This document shows, piece by piece, positions 25,906 to 37,900 of a stretch of 64,000 bases of DNA. Both the position numbers and the translations under genes were made by a program. The stretch spans positions 14,426 to 78,425 of the forward strand of contig NMRA01000183.1 in NCBI GenBank assembly GCA_002633005.1, in the 5' to 3' direction. The notes under the pieces were generated by a model. The model searched no databases. It saw only the letters and a program-made list of their open reading frames with translations, and was not told the DNA's origin. The stretch comes from Phoronis australis. Lineage: Eukaryota > Animalia > Phoronida. How positions within the stretch are numbered: position 1 is the first letter of the stretch; every line of letters starts with the position of its first letter.

Positions 25906-28074
25906 ATGACGGTGATCGAAGCATTTGGACTCCGTCTGTACCTTGCAGCGATGCTGGGAATGACTACTTGCACAATGGTCAGTCGCGAGGTGCATCTCGT
26001 CTTAGTGAAAAAAGATGTTAACAGTTACAACCCAGTGAATGATCACGCTATGCGCCAAAGAAGGCAGGTTGAACACCAACGTATTCCTAAACCAACAATA
26101 ACTAAGTTGCATGCAATAACCAATATCCAGTCTAGGTTCGCCACAACCGTGGTGACCATCGAACTAGAAAACAAAATGAAATCAACGAATGTAGAAACAT
26201 CTGTTTATGTTCTGTTTCCTGAAAATGCGTTCATATCAAATTTCACTATGGTGATCGGAGGTAAATACTTTATTGCTAAAGTACAGGGTAAGGAAGAAGC
26301 TCATAATACTTTTACTCGAGCGCAGAACAGCAACGAGACGGCTGGAATTGTGAGTTTCCATAACAGCGCTGAGGCTGAGCCAGGAATGGACAAGTTTTCG
26401 ATTAGAACAACCATCTCTGCCCATGCCAAAGCTCATTTTGAGCTAACATATCAAGAACTGCTTAAGCTAAAATTTTATTATCTCCATTATGTTCACGTAG
26501 ACCCACACCAGGACGTAACTGACTTCATACTTAAGGTTGAACTTAACGAGCCGCAGGGGATAAGGTATTTGCATGCCACGGGAACTGACGGGACAGAAAT
26601 AACTGCTATACGCGACGGCAGCTCTAAAGTTCGGATTGATTATAGTCCTAACTCAGTCTTAAAAGGTTTACGTCATAAGGGCAGGATGCAAGTAAAGTAT
26701 GCAGTTAACTATTCGTGTGACGCCGGAGTGTTCAAAACATGCAAATCCTTTTTTGTTCATTACTTCTCTACTCCGAAAAGTGATTGTTCCTTGGACGTGC
26801 TAAATCGTCAGATTTACTTTGTTATTGATAAAAGTGGTTCAATGAATGGTTACAAAATGGAGAAAACAAGGTCTGCCATGGAGATCATCTTGAAACTTTT
26901 GACACCTGGCGACTTATTCGACATTGTCTTGTTTGACAGTACTGTCACCAGCTGGAGGTCTATGCTATCTAGTGCTTCACCGGACAACGTAGACGACGCC
27001 TTGCGATTTTGTAGGGAAAATCTGATGGCCTTTGGAAGCACCAACCTATATGATGCTCTTGAAAGGGCAGTTCTCCGCATGACTCCCTCGGTGTCGACGA
27101 GTAGTGCTTTGGCACCCTATGTAATTTTGCTGACCGACGGTCAGCCCACCGTAGGCAAGCTCGTCAACTCATTAGCTATACAGAAGGCTATTAAAAGGCT
27201 GAACACCCAACAAATACCCATTTATTCCATTGCTTTTGGCTCTGGGGCAAGCTTTGAATTCCTTAACGCCTTGTCAAACGGAAATAACGGATACGCCATC
27301 AAAATATTTGACGGTAGTTATAACAAGCAAGACATGTCCCAGCAGCTACAGTTTTTCTACAGTCGTATTGCCTCGCCAGTCCTGAAAAACATAGACATTG
27401 TTTATCCAAAAGACGTTATCTCTAGCACCGAGGTTACCAATTCTGACATTCCCCAATACTTTGACGGTTCCGAAATTGTGATTGTGGGCAAAATTTTAGC
27501 AAATGCACCGCAGGTTTTTGATATTAAAGTCACCGGCTTCTGCACGACAGGGGTGAAAGAGTTTACAAAATCAGTGACGAGATTGTTGGATGGGGATTGT
27601 GGTTTGGTGGAACGTATTTTCGCATACAAGTGGATGAAAACATTACTAGCAAGAGCGTCAGTGGAGTGGAGAGAAAGCAAAAGAAGGGAAATTGAAAGTG
27701 AGGCCTTGTCAATGTCACTCCAGTATAATTTTGTGACACCCCTTACATCGATGGTCGTGGTGCAGGGGATTAAATCGACGCAAAGTGATGATGCTGAAAG
27801 ATCTGGTTTAGCTATGGCAATGCCAAGAAACTTTGACCCACAAACCGACGACAACTTTGGAAGGACCAATGTCTCCAACACCACAGTGACTGTTCCGGAC
27901 GTTTCCAACACCAGTGAAGCCGACATCCGAGATTCGGTATCAACCTCTAAAGCCGACATCCGAGATTCGGTATCAACCTCTCACTGGACAGGTGGTGCCA
28001 GCAATGTCTACGCCGGCTTTCACAGGGCCGCCTTCATAATCATTGCTAGTATGCTTCTCCAGAACTGGGTCTGA
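25906..28074 (+). CDS. Inter-alpha-trypsin inhibitor heavy chain-like protein (VIT + vWA), single coding exon, putative GPI anchor
   Basis: Kozak ACCATGA, signal peptide, RQRR, VIT motifs (SRFATTVV, PENAFISNF, FELTYQELL), MIDAS DKSGSM..GSTNL..LTDGQPT, YFDGSEIVIVGK, YNFVTPLTSMVVV. Then an S/T-rich stalk and a terminal hydrophobic segment. Confidence 0.9.
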   Translation: MTVIEAFGLRLYLAAMLGMTTCTMVSREVHLVLVKKDVNSYNPVNDHAMRQRRQVEHQRIPKPTITKLHAITNIQSRFATTVVTIELENKMKSTNVETSVYVLFPENAFISNFTMVIGGKYFIAKVQGKEEAHNTFTRAQNSNETAGIVSFHNSAEAEPGMDKFSIRTTISAHAKAHFELTYQELLKLKFYYLHYVHVDPHQDVTDFILKVELNEPQGIRYLHATGTDGTEITAIRDGSSKVRIDYSPNSVLKGLRHKGRMQVKYAVNYSCDAGVFKTCKSFFVHYFSTPKSDCSLDVLNRQIYFVIDKSGSMNGYKMEKTRSAMEIILKLLTPGDLFDIVLFDSTVTSWRSMLSSASPDNVDDALRFCRENLMAFGSTNLYDALERAVLRMTPSVSTSSALAPYVILLTDGQPTVGKLVNSLAIQKAIKRLNTQQIPIYSIAFGSGASFEFLNALSNGNNGYAIKIFDGSYNKQDMSQQLQFFYSRIASPVLKNIDIVYPKDVISSTEVTNSDIPQYFDGSEIVIVGKILANAPQVFDIKVTGFCTTGVKEFTKSVTRLLDGDCGLVERIFAYKWMKTLLARASVEWRESKRREIESEALSMSLQYNFVTPLTSMVVVQGIKSTQSDDAERSGLAMAMPRNFDPQTDDNFGRTNVSNTTVTVPDVSNTSEADIRDSVSTSKADIRDSVSTSHWTGGASNVYAGFHRAAFIIIASMLLQNWV

Positions 28075-28680
28075 ACGGAAGCGGCAATGTTTTGGGGATT
28101 ATTTGGTAAAATTCAAAATCAGCAGTTTGCTTAGACGTATTTCAACATCACTTACTGCTAACCATGCGTGAAAAATTCAAGATATGATATAAGTGACGCA
28201 CAATAACAATCATTTGCAATATTGCCAGGCCGAATATTATTCCTTCCTAAGTAAACACTTACATGTAAGAAAAACCCTACCTTCAATTGAGCCTTTGTTC
28301 AACAGTTAGTCAACTCGTGTTTCTAATTTGAAAAAACTTTCTGTTCTCAAAATTCTCTGACTTCGTAAACGTTGTTGCCAAAGCTCAGTATGAGACCAAA
28401 ACGATACATGGGCGTTTTAAAATTAGCAGAAATGTTTCGATTGTGCTGATTTACAACAAAAACCGATTGTGCCAGCAATGAAAAATACTTATAAGTACGA
28501 CGTGTCACTTATGTTGCGTGGGTAAAAACAGTCCATTGCGATTTACGTTGAAATATCTCTCACGTAACTGTTGATTTCTGCTTCTATCAAACCAATACCG
28601 AAAACGATCTTTCAAATGACGAGGTGCGTAGAATTGTGACACGGTTGTGTTTCCATTGTAGTAGTTGTTGGCTTCACCAG

Positions 28681-28830
28681 GGCTGAGTTGCATAAAACTT
28701 CAAAAGATATCCGCTGGATAAGTTTGATTGTTGCATGACGTCATGAGCATTGTTCATCAATAACAACGTGACGCCTGATCATGCGACGTCATTGTTGCTA
28801 TACGGCGTATAACTTTTATGCAACTGAGCC
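28681..28830. mobile_element. 150-bp Harbinger-type MITE (TSD CAG)
   Basis: TIR GGCTGAGTTGCATAAAA / TTTTATGCAACTGAGCC (1 mismatch). CAG at 28678-28680 and 28831-28833. Confidence 0.85.
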
Positions 28831-28865
28831 CAGATGAGCAGGATTTTATGTTAGTGTTACTTTGC

Positions 28866-28869
28866 ATAT

Positions 28870-28932
<63 letters not shown>

Positions 28933-29010
28933 TGTATGTATGTATGTATGTATGTATGTATGTATATGTATATGTATATACCTATACATGTATACATATA
29001 TATACCTATA
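28866..29010. repeat. Compound microsatellite (CA)n(TA)n(TATG)n
   Basis: Directly visible. Confidence 0.97.
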
Positions 29011-30217
29011 CCTGCGAGGACAGAATTTACGTGCATTAGGAGTATCCGATGGTTGGGGAAGAGCAGGGCAATGTGAATCCCGGTGGCATATTTTCTGGTC
29101 TAACACTGATGATGCATTTGTTTGGAGAAAATTTGTGAAAGACTTCCTAGACGAACATTTGTTACGAACGAATTAGGCGTAAAGGATGCGGCTTCCGCTG
29201 GATCTTGATTCATAATCCTGGGACGAAAATTCAATTATTAAGAAGTGGTTCATTAAACTAAAAAAAAATGCCACCATAAACCTCTCCATTGTTTGATTAG
29301 GTTAAGTCAACACATTCATTTTTGCTATTTTACATCGAGTGGCATCGATATGCTCCCGCTTTATCAGTGGCAGCCACTGACTATTCAACCGTGGATTCTC
29401 CTTAGCCTTGGAATTGTATGGCGCAGGATGTGTTTCATCAATGGATATAGTGAAAGAGGTTTTGCCTTTTCCGTTGGCCATAAGTACATGCCACCGCACT
29501 TCAGTGAACATTTGCCGGCATTATGCTCTCAGGAAAGGTGTGAAAGGTTGTGTGTACCTATAGGTTGAAACCTCCCGTCAATGAACGGCAATGAACGCCT
29601 TTCCACCGTAGACCTGATCGCCTTTTGGCGGGAAAGAGAATTTCAATTTAGCGTGGCTTCTTCAAAAATCAGGTACACGTATTATTACGTGTCTGTAAGT
29701 GCCATTACAATTTGAAAAGTTTAGCATTTTAGATAGTGCTGGGGGCGAGATTTTGTGTGCATGTGGTTGTTTTCGTTGTTTTCTCTCATCGGTTTCTTGC
29801 ATTCAGTGTTGTCAATAAATTAATCTCTGAAAACTGCTAGTTACTTGTACACGTGATATGCAATTTAGTTCTTTAAAAGATACATGCGATTATTTAGAAG
29901 TATGTTTGAAAATGTAGAAAATTTTCAACATCAGGCATAAACAGAAACTAAAACAGGTGGATAACTTCATATAAGCAGCTTCTTGCACAGTCGAAGAAAA
30001 ATTTCAACAGCACACGGTTGGCATGCTGAAGATCTACTCATGACTAGTTGAAACAGAGGGCGACACCAAAATCCATTACCCTTTACTTTAAAGAGTGTAA
30101 AAAAACTAATTCCGAAATTTTGCGGACGCTAGAAATAATACCAGCGCAGACGGCCGTTTTATGAATGAAAGGAGATCCTCCAAAGAAAAATCTAGAGAAA
30201 CGGGAAGTTGAATACGC

Positions 30218-30740
30218 AGTGGCGTAGCGAGGTTTTTTGGTGCACGTGGACAACAGTACCTAAATGCGTCCCTGGTATGTCTTTATCAATGAGAATACAA
30301 ATTTTGATTAAGAAATACCTACATACGTGAACACGGTTTTCTTGAAACCATTTTCTTGTCATAGAAGCTTTGGAGAAATGAACAAATTAAACAAAAGTGA
30401 AGAAAAACGTTTACTGAGCGACCCGTATACTGATATGATGTTAAAAATTCCATTTTACGAGTCCTCTCCTCTGCAAATATATCGATGATGTCATCACAGA
30501 AAATAGAATCAACTGCTATTTTTCTCAACTGGCAGAATGCCAAGTCTTGTGAGGCGATCTGAACTCATCGTTGAACTTGAGTAATTTTTAACTAAATGAA
30601 TGCTCTGAAAGAACTTTCGGAAGTTAACACAGAGTCTGACATGGTCAACAATAGCAGCAACGCCGATCTCAGGTTTGGAAACACATCCTTTCCCTATTGT
30701 ATAGTGGCATTTAGAAGGTATTCTGGTGTGGAAGGAGTTT
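30218..30740 (-). mobile_element. hAT transposon remnant (dimerisation-domain fragment), with hAT-like MITE ends nearby up to ~32385
   Basis: Terminus CAGTGGCGTAGC at 30218. Minus strand reads HLVKNYSSSTMSSDRLTRLGIL and DDIIDIFAEERTRK. GGCGGAT../..ATCCGCC-type ends at ~30747, 31603, 32229-32385. Confidence 0.65.
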
Positions 30741-32517
30741 GTGCAAAGGCGGATGTAGGATATCACAAGGGGGGCCCAACATTTTGTCTGTAAACATTTG
30801 CGCAAAGCACGATTGTAGATGCGCATAGCACCGAATGGGGGGAGGTCGGAAGGGGGAAATTCTTCTGTTTTTCCTCTAAAAATCAAGCGTTTTCCTTGAT
30901 TCCTGAATATTATCCAAGAAAAAATAATAACACGGACAACGTGTCAAACTCGAAAAACTGCAATCAGCACAGACTCGAAGTCACGACCTGGCGGATAGAG
31001 AGCGCGTGCTTTAGCACTGCACCACCACGACTAGTCACTCGCAATTTTATACTTAGAGACTTATTTGTTTATGGTTCACAGCGTTTGCGCACGAAACCTA
31101 CTTCTTTTTGTAATGCTTATTACACTTTTTATATTTTGTGCAATCAGTTCGTAACATATTTGTTGTATTTAAAATAGTATTCAAGACCAAATCCGTATTT
31201 TGTGTTGGCATTAATGAATAATGCGATTGCTTTGGAAATCGTCTTAAGTTAAGGTTTGACAAAGACAGAATTATGAGTTTCTGAGTGATTCACAAAGGCT
31301 TCGATTAAAATTCACATCTTAATTTTCTTCATTGCACAATTAAGCAGACGACGGAAACACAGTCGTAATGCGCAGCGCCACTGTCGGTAGCGTGGGATAT
31401 CGCGGGAGAGCCTATACTTAGCCATAGTTCCGGATCTGAGCCCCCCCACCCCCAACACACTAAAACTGCGCACATTGAAATCTTGTTTCAGCAGTATAAT
31501 GTTAATTACCGGGATTAATTAATAAGCTTAACATTTCCCTACGCTCTTGCTGTTTTATTTTTTGCGGCAGCCAAGGGGGGCAGGAGGCCCCCTAAATCCG
31601 CCTATGTGTGTGCAGACGTTTTTCGAAAAGCATTCGTCAGTCGATAACCTTTTCATGAAGCGAGTTTCCGTTGAAGCTCTGTTCAAATGCGCCACCAAAG
31701 ACGGCACAATGTTGCAGCACATCTGATTCCGTGCTAACAATACACCAGAGACCGGACGTCCAACAGAAAGCCCATTTGAAAGTTCACAGATAGAATCCTA
31801 TTTTTGCGTACCTGAAGTTCAGTTGCCAACGTGCTCACCGTACGCGTCACCACTCAGACGATTTCGTCGGTCATGAACAGTCCCACATTTGCTTCTACCT
31901 CACCAGGCCTGTTTAGTTTTCGCCTCAAACTACGCCTCTGTGTGCCTTTTGAAATCTCGAAACGCTACAGAAAAAATGCTGCAAACACTTTGAAGCTTTT
32001 TAAGATTGCTCTTTCTAATCACTCCTTCAAAAAGATGACATAACTTGTATAACCAGGAACGCCTATAGACATTTCTTTCGGAAAATTCACTGGTGACAAA
32101 CAAAAGGGCGAGAAACTGCGGAGTTTGTTTATTTACATGTAGGATGTCCAAAGTGGGACACATCCACAACTTTTAAAGGAACTGTGTTCACCTAAACTCT
32201 AATGTGTGTCTGGCAGGGATTGGCTGCTGGGGCGGATCCAAGATTTTGAGTTAAGGGGGGTCAGGGCAGAATATTAGCCAGGAATTTGCTCGTCAGACAT
32301 TCGCACTCCCGAACTGCTAAATGGAATCTGGGAGGATTTTAGGGGGGGGCATGGCCCCCTTGACCCCCCTCTAAATCCGCTACTGGGATGAACCACCCCC
32401 CTCGCCCACTGACTTAGCCACAATCATTCAACAGGGGTGGAGGCAAACGATAAATTATTGGCGACCTGTGGGAGGGGGAAGGGGCGTTGAAATAAATGGT
32501 ATCAATGCGACACTTTG

Positions 32518-33264
32518 CAGTGAACAGGAGACATGTGCTTTTGAAGCTAGTACTCTCGCCATAAATCCTCCTGGGCGGAGGAGGGTGTGCGCTAACATTT
32601 TTACCCGCATTGTAAAGAAAGTCTTTATTCATGTCCAGTTTATATTTTCGGGTGTCTCACGACACCCCATTCGTGTTGGCTCTCGAGGGCAATGCAGTTG
32701 TCAAGCTGAACTCGAAGAAATCAAGCGTGTTTAAATCTTCTGCTGAGGCAGTCAAACATCTCAGTCGATTCTCGGTTTAATCATGCACATACGCTACATT
32801 ACCGTACAAAACAAACGTGCAAAACTAGAACCAAACAATGGTCTACTTTTATGAAAATTGCATTGGTGTTTGACTACCCAATAATGCGTGNCAGTGAACA
32901 GGAGACATGTGCTTTTGAAGCTAGTACTCTCGCCATAAATCCTCCTGGGCGGAGGAGGGTGTGCGCTAACATTTTTACCTGCATTGTAAACAAAGTCTTT
33001 ATTCATGTCCAGTTTATATTTTCGGGTGTCTCACGACACCCCATTCGTGTTGGCTCTCGAGGGCAATGCAGTTGTCAAGCTGAACTCGAAGAAATCAAGC
33101 GTGTTTAAATCTTCTGCTGAGGCAGTCAAACATCTCAGTCGATTCTCGGTTTAATCATGCACATACGCTACATTACCGTACAAAACAAACGTGCAAAACT
33201 AGAACCAAACAATGGTCTACTTTTATGAAAATTGCATTGGTGTTTGACTACCCAATAATGCGTG
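32518..33264. repeat. 373-bp direct duplication flanking a single N (32891); probable assembly artefact
   Basis: 32518-32890 and 32892-33264 are nearly identical, with the junction at the N. Confidence 0.85.
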
Positions 33265-33901
33265 TAGGCCTAAGTAAACGCATGGGCTAAACTTTGACCA
33301 AGAACACATTGAGTAGTTGAGGTCGATGTGAGAGGGGGTCAGATACGCAGATTCAAAGTTCGAGTAAGAGGTGCGACCGAAAGTTGGAGGCGCTTGAGAG
33401 GGGGTGGGGGTTGCTTGAGTGGACACTCCTACCAGCCCTAACAATTAGTTTCTTTTTACTTTGGGTTGTTGTAAAATTTTTCATATACTATACCAGTTAA
33501 AGTTACATGTACACTGTAGGTAGAATTCCATCAAAATGATAATATGCTATATGCGCTGTTCTCAAAATTCACCTGTGTGTTCCCCCTTTGAAGGTAAGTA
33601 AATACTGCGAGCGCGCTGTTTACTGTAACTCTTCACCTAATTAACACATAATATGACGGACATGTGGATTGTCATTTGTTAAATTTGTGAAAGAAAAATA
33701 AAAATTAAAGAGTTGTAGTCTATTGATAGTTTAGTTTGTACTGTGGAGATGTCATAAACCAACCTTTGGCAAAATTTACAATATCTGCAGCAAGGTAATC
33801 AGGATTTAAAAAGTAAAATAGGATACAGTTGGCAATTATTTTTGTGCGAAATAAGTAAAGAACTAATTACCTTGGGACATCCCGAGTTGCACAGTCACCA
33901 G

Positions 33902-34287
33902 GGCCCGGTCTCCAATCTTTTTACTCGAAATGGAACTCGAAATTAGGTTTGGCATTTTCTACTCTACTTTTGGGCGAGCTCAAGATAAGTGTCTATTATT
34001 CTATGCTCGAGCACACAATAACTTACGTAGATATTTTATTGTCCTTAGTTCACAGTTTGTAAACCCGATATTAAAGCAATAAGTTAGAGTTTGAACTCGA
34101 AATTTCGAGTTTTTGCTCGAGTTTGTAGCACAAATATAAGGGTCTTCAAGGGCAAACTTGACCTAGAAACTATAATGTATTCGAGCACAGTCTCATAACC
34201 AATTATCTTAAGTTCGCACAAAAGGAGCAGAGAAATTGCCAAAATAGTTTCGAGTTCGTTTCCAGTATAAAGATTAGAGACCGGGCC
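33902..34287. mobile_element. PIF/Harbinger-type MITE, copy 2 (TSD CAG)
   Basis: GGCCCGGTCTCCAATCTTT...AAAGATTAGAGACCGGGCC. CAG at 33899-33901 and 34288-34290. Confidence 0.9.
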
Positions 34288-34949
34288 CAGGAGTTTCGAA
34301 TGTATTTGATTTAACTTGGTTACAAAAGTTGAGTTTTGAAATTAGACACGTTAACGGTTTGTTTTCTTTTGCAACATTGCAGTCGGAAAGGAGGCTACGG
34401 TAGGTGTGATTTTCATTTTCATTAAATTTTATCTTACATTTGGTTAGCCCATGTAACGCTCAGAGTACAGCCAAGTAGATGATCACTTCGTAAACACAGA
34501 AACACACGGGTTTTGGGAAATAATCTTGAAGTAAGTTTCAAGTCGTTCCCAAACAAGAGCTGATTTCATTTTTGGTAGATTCACGCTAAAATCAGTTTTG
34601 AGAAAGTCAGAGTTGAAGACACTTCAAATATTATGCCCTTAAAGAGGTGTTAAAACCGTGCTTTCTGGCAAAACGTTTTGGTTACGTTTACTTACGGTTA
34701 CAGAATACTCCTTGATGGGTTTGTGGTCTGAAGAGCTTAAAGTACCTGTGCTTCCCGAGGCAAGACCGAATTCACTTCTAATCTGTGTAAGGGGTAAGAT
34801 CTGATCAGTTCATTACACTTGACCTAAATCAAAACTTAGTTTCTTTACAGAATCCACGGGTTTAACGCCTCTATAAATAACACCGAGTTCCGTTGCCAGA
34901 GGAAGAAAGCGTATTTTTTTTCACATTTATTTTACAGCATAAGTATACA

Positions 34950-37900
34950 ATGCCTTAACATTTTCATATAGCAAAGACGAAAATTAAAGGAATGTCAAGC
35001 AACGAGTATTATTCCTTATCAACACGTATTTTATACAAAAAATATACCTTGACCAATCAGAGCTACATGTAATTTACAGCTCATTCGCTGTCTAAAATGA
35101 CAAGGAAAGATGCTTCAGTCAAAGCCACCTCCTTGATTGGACAATATCATTTCGGAGCCATATCTTTGCAACCAATTCCTGATGAATGGAGTCCAATTCT
35201 ATTGACCTCGTCCATGTGCTTGTTATCACTTTCCTTTAATCATTACTGCGTGAATTGTAAATGTTTCAACCTTTCCAACGCCTCTCCTCAACAACACGAT
35301 GTGAGCTACTTCCCATTATCAACTTGTGAATTGATTGGAACCTTAAAACCCTCTGTGTTTCAACAACACTCAGATACTTGGAGCATTTTGAAGCTCTACA
35401 GCTAAGTGTCAATAAGTATTAGTCCTAGGAATGTGAGTTGCAATGAAAGTGACCATTTACAGCCTCCGTGACTGAAGGACGATTTGGAGAGTGTAGTTTG
35501 TGAACCTGTGAACAAATACAAGTAAAGCCACCGTAGGGTCACATTGATACAATCGAAACAAAATAGTACACGCATGAAAGTTCTGCTAATTAAGTCTTAT
35601 TTTCACATCGCTAGTTCCATTGAAACACGAAACTCTTTTGCATTTACATGCTAGGGGCGTGTTTCACATTCACCTCAACATGAGCCATGTAGTGTTTCCC
35701 TTTAATAAACCGGATCCCACGAGATAGCCTCTTCTTCATGATACGATGCAGCAGGTTGACGCAATACTTTTCATATTCCAAAGCCACGTCGAGCTGATGA
35801 AGGTGTACAACCATTTCTCTGCGTTGGGACAATCGTCCGACCGCTTCCGACATTAAGGCGATCAAGAAGTTGAACATCATTACTGGAATTACCAGTACGA
35901 AGCCAACGTGGACAAACATGGGAGATAACTTGTCGCTGGTCTGAACTGAAACCATATTGAGCGTGAGAAGGAAAGTACTGTATAGACTACTGTCCATAGC
36001 AACAAATGCGGGATTAATTCCAATCAAAATTATATGGAACACGAGAGCAAAAGAGAAAACTAAAAACAGAAGGATTATAAAAAACTTCACCACAACTGTA
36101 ACCATTCTTTGAAAAGCTATAACGTAAAAACTTATGAAGCTAATGGGCTGCACGTAGTACATGAATGACCAAACACTCGTTATACACCACATAATTGTGA
36201 GAATTTCAATTTGAGGCAAAAAGCACATCGAGTAACCCAACAGAGTAATCCATGCTATAAAGGCATCAAATTGAATACAGTACTTTAGGACGTCATTCCG
36301 CACCACACGATTAGGTTTCCCGGATAATCGAAAAAAATCTCGATTTTCAAATTTTCTGGAAAATGCCATATCATGTCCTAGCAAAATACCGTTCTGAACA
36401 AGCCCGTTGTAAATTGATATGAAAACAGACAACACAATGTTAATGGCTTCGTTATTTACAATCCTAGTTGAACTCCTCTTAGATGAACAGCTTAAGGATT
36501 CAAGACTAGCTTCGGTGTGATTGTACGTTAGAGAAGCGTTGTCCCTAACGTCTGTGCGGTTATACATTAAAGTAGCGTTGTTTGATGAGACATTGTCTTC
36601 GTGAACAAGATATGGAATGTAATAAACGAACATCATAAAAAGATATACGGCACACATAGCTAGACGAACTGCTAGTGCTATCAAATATACAGGAAATGTT
36701 TGCTTAGTGACACACTCTGCAGCCGGTTTAAGGAACTTTAAGTACTCATCATTGTAATCATCATTGTCTAAACTGTCAAAACCAACACGTTTAACAACTA
36801 ATCTCAGTGGTGAACGATGAATTCGAGTTGCATTTGCCCCATAATAGTCTGTCACGTCGTGCAAATACGTCATTTCGAGACCATGTTCTTCCGTCATACG
36901 GTAGACATTTTCTGTGTTGTAAATGGAACTAAAAAGCTTAAAACATCCAAGCCGCGCCGCTAATTCCAAAGGCCGAAAGTCTTCCAAGTTCTCTTTTAAC
37001 AACATGTTTTTCAAAGATAGTCCGTTGTCTTGTCGGATATAAAAGGACTTGATAGTCTCGTATACGCCGCTGAAATAATGTTCAGATTCAGGCCAAGCAC
37101 TTCCGAAAACAGCAATCATGTGAAAGATGTTGTTACCCCCGTCTTCCAATTCGTCAGACAAGTCGACACCAAATTCAAGCAAAGCCATCACGAGCTCAGT
37201 AGACTTGGACATGACAGCTAGCGTGAAAGGACACGTTATAACGTCAGGAAACGCTCGTAGAAGGAAGCGCCTGTCGTACGAGTTGTGAGAAAGATTCAGT
37301 TTCCCGTTGGCAATGTTTGTCTCATCTGCTGACAGTTTGAGATGTAGAAGGCCTTTACGAGCAGGTGAATCTAGTTTATTCAGTATCACTCTAGCCTGAA
37401 CGTGGTCTCCATCTCTCAAAGCGCGAAACCAGACTTTGTGCAAAGGTTCCCAATCTTCCAATTGCTCAAAATTCACCTCATCGGACTTGTCGACGACCGT
37501 ATCCGCTGGTATTGGGACCACAGCGTTGTGGAAACCTCTAAAACGTGACATTTCCATTAGTTGATTCACGGTCGGACCGTGCTTGCGATCCCGCATCAAC
37601 AGGTTTAGCAATGTTAGTTCGCAAACATGCGCACGTTTATTTATTGGCCAATGCAAATGTGTTTGATTAGTAAACGATGGTGTCTTTTTCACTGTTTAAA
37701 CAGTATCGAAGGTCAACGGTCACCCGCCAACTAATGGCGCTGCGCAGGTCGATGAAAAGAAGCAATAGCCCTGGCCTTGAATTGCCACGAATAAAAACAT
37801 TCTCACATTATTACAGTTAATATCGTTGTGATTGTTTATTATCAAAACATACTTGTTTTCGGGTTGTCAACTTAACGTCTTTGGTACAAATTTAGATAGT

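Noticed and set aside
27402-27959. Antisense ORFs over ITIH, pol and the LINE (e.g. 48572-49138, 50003-50452)
   Set aside because: Shadow frames of real coding sequence with no motifs.
28818-29106. Low-complexity ORFs (also 59973-61493)
   Set aside because: Translations of microsatellite, satellite or N runs.
32518-33264. Real tandem duplication with twin ORFs
   Set aside because: Same single-N signature.
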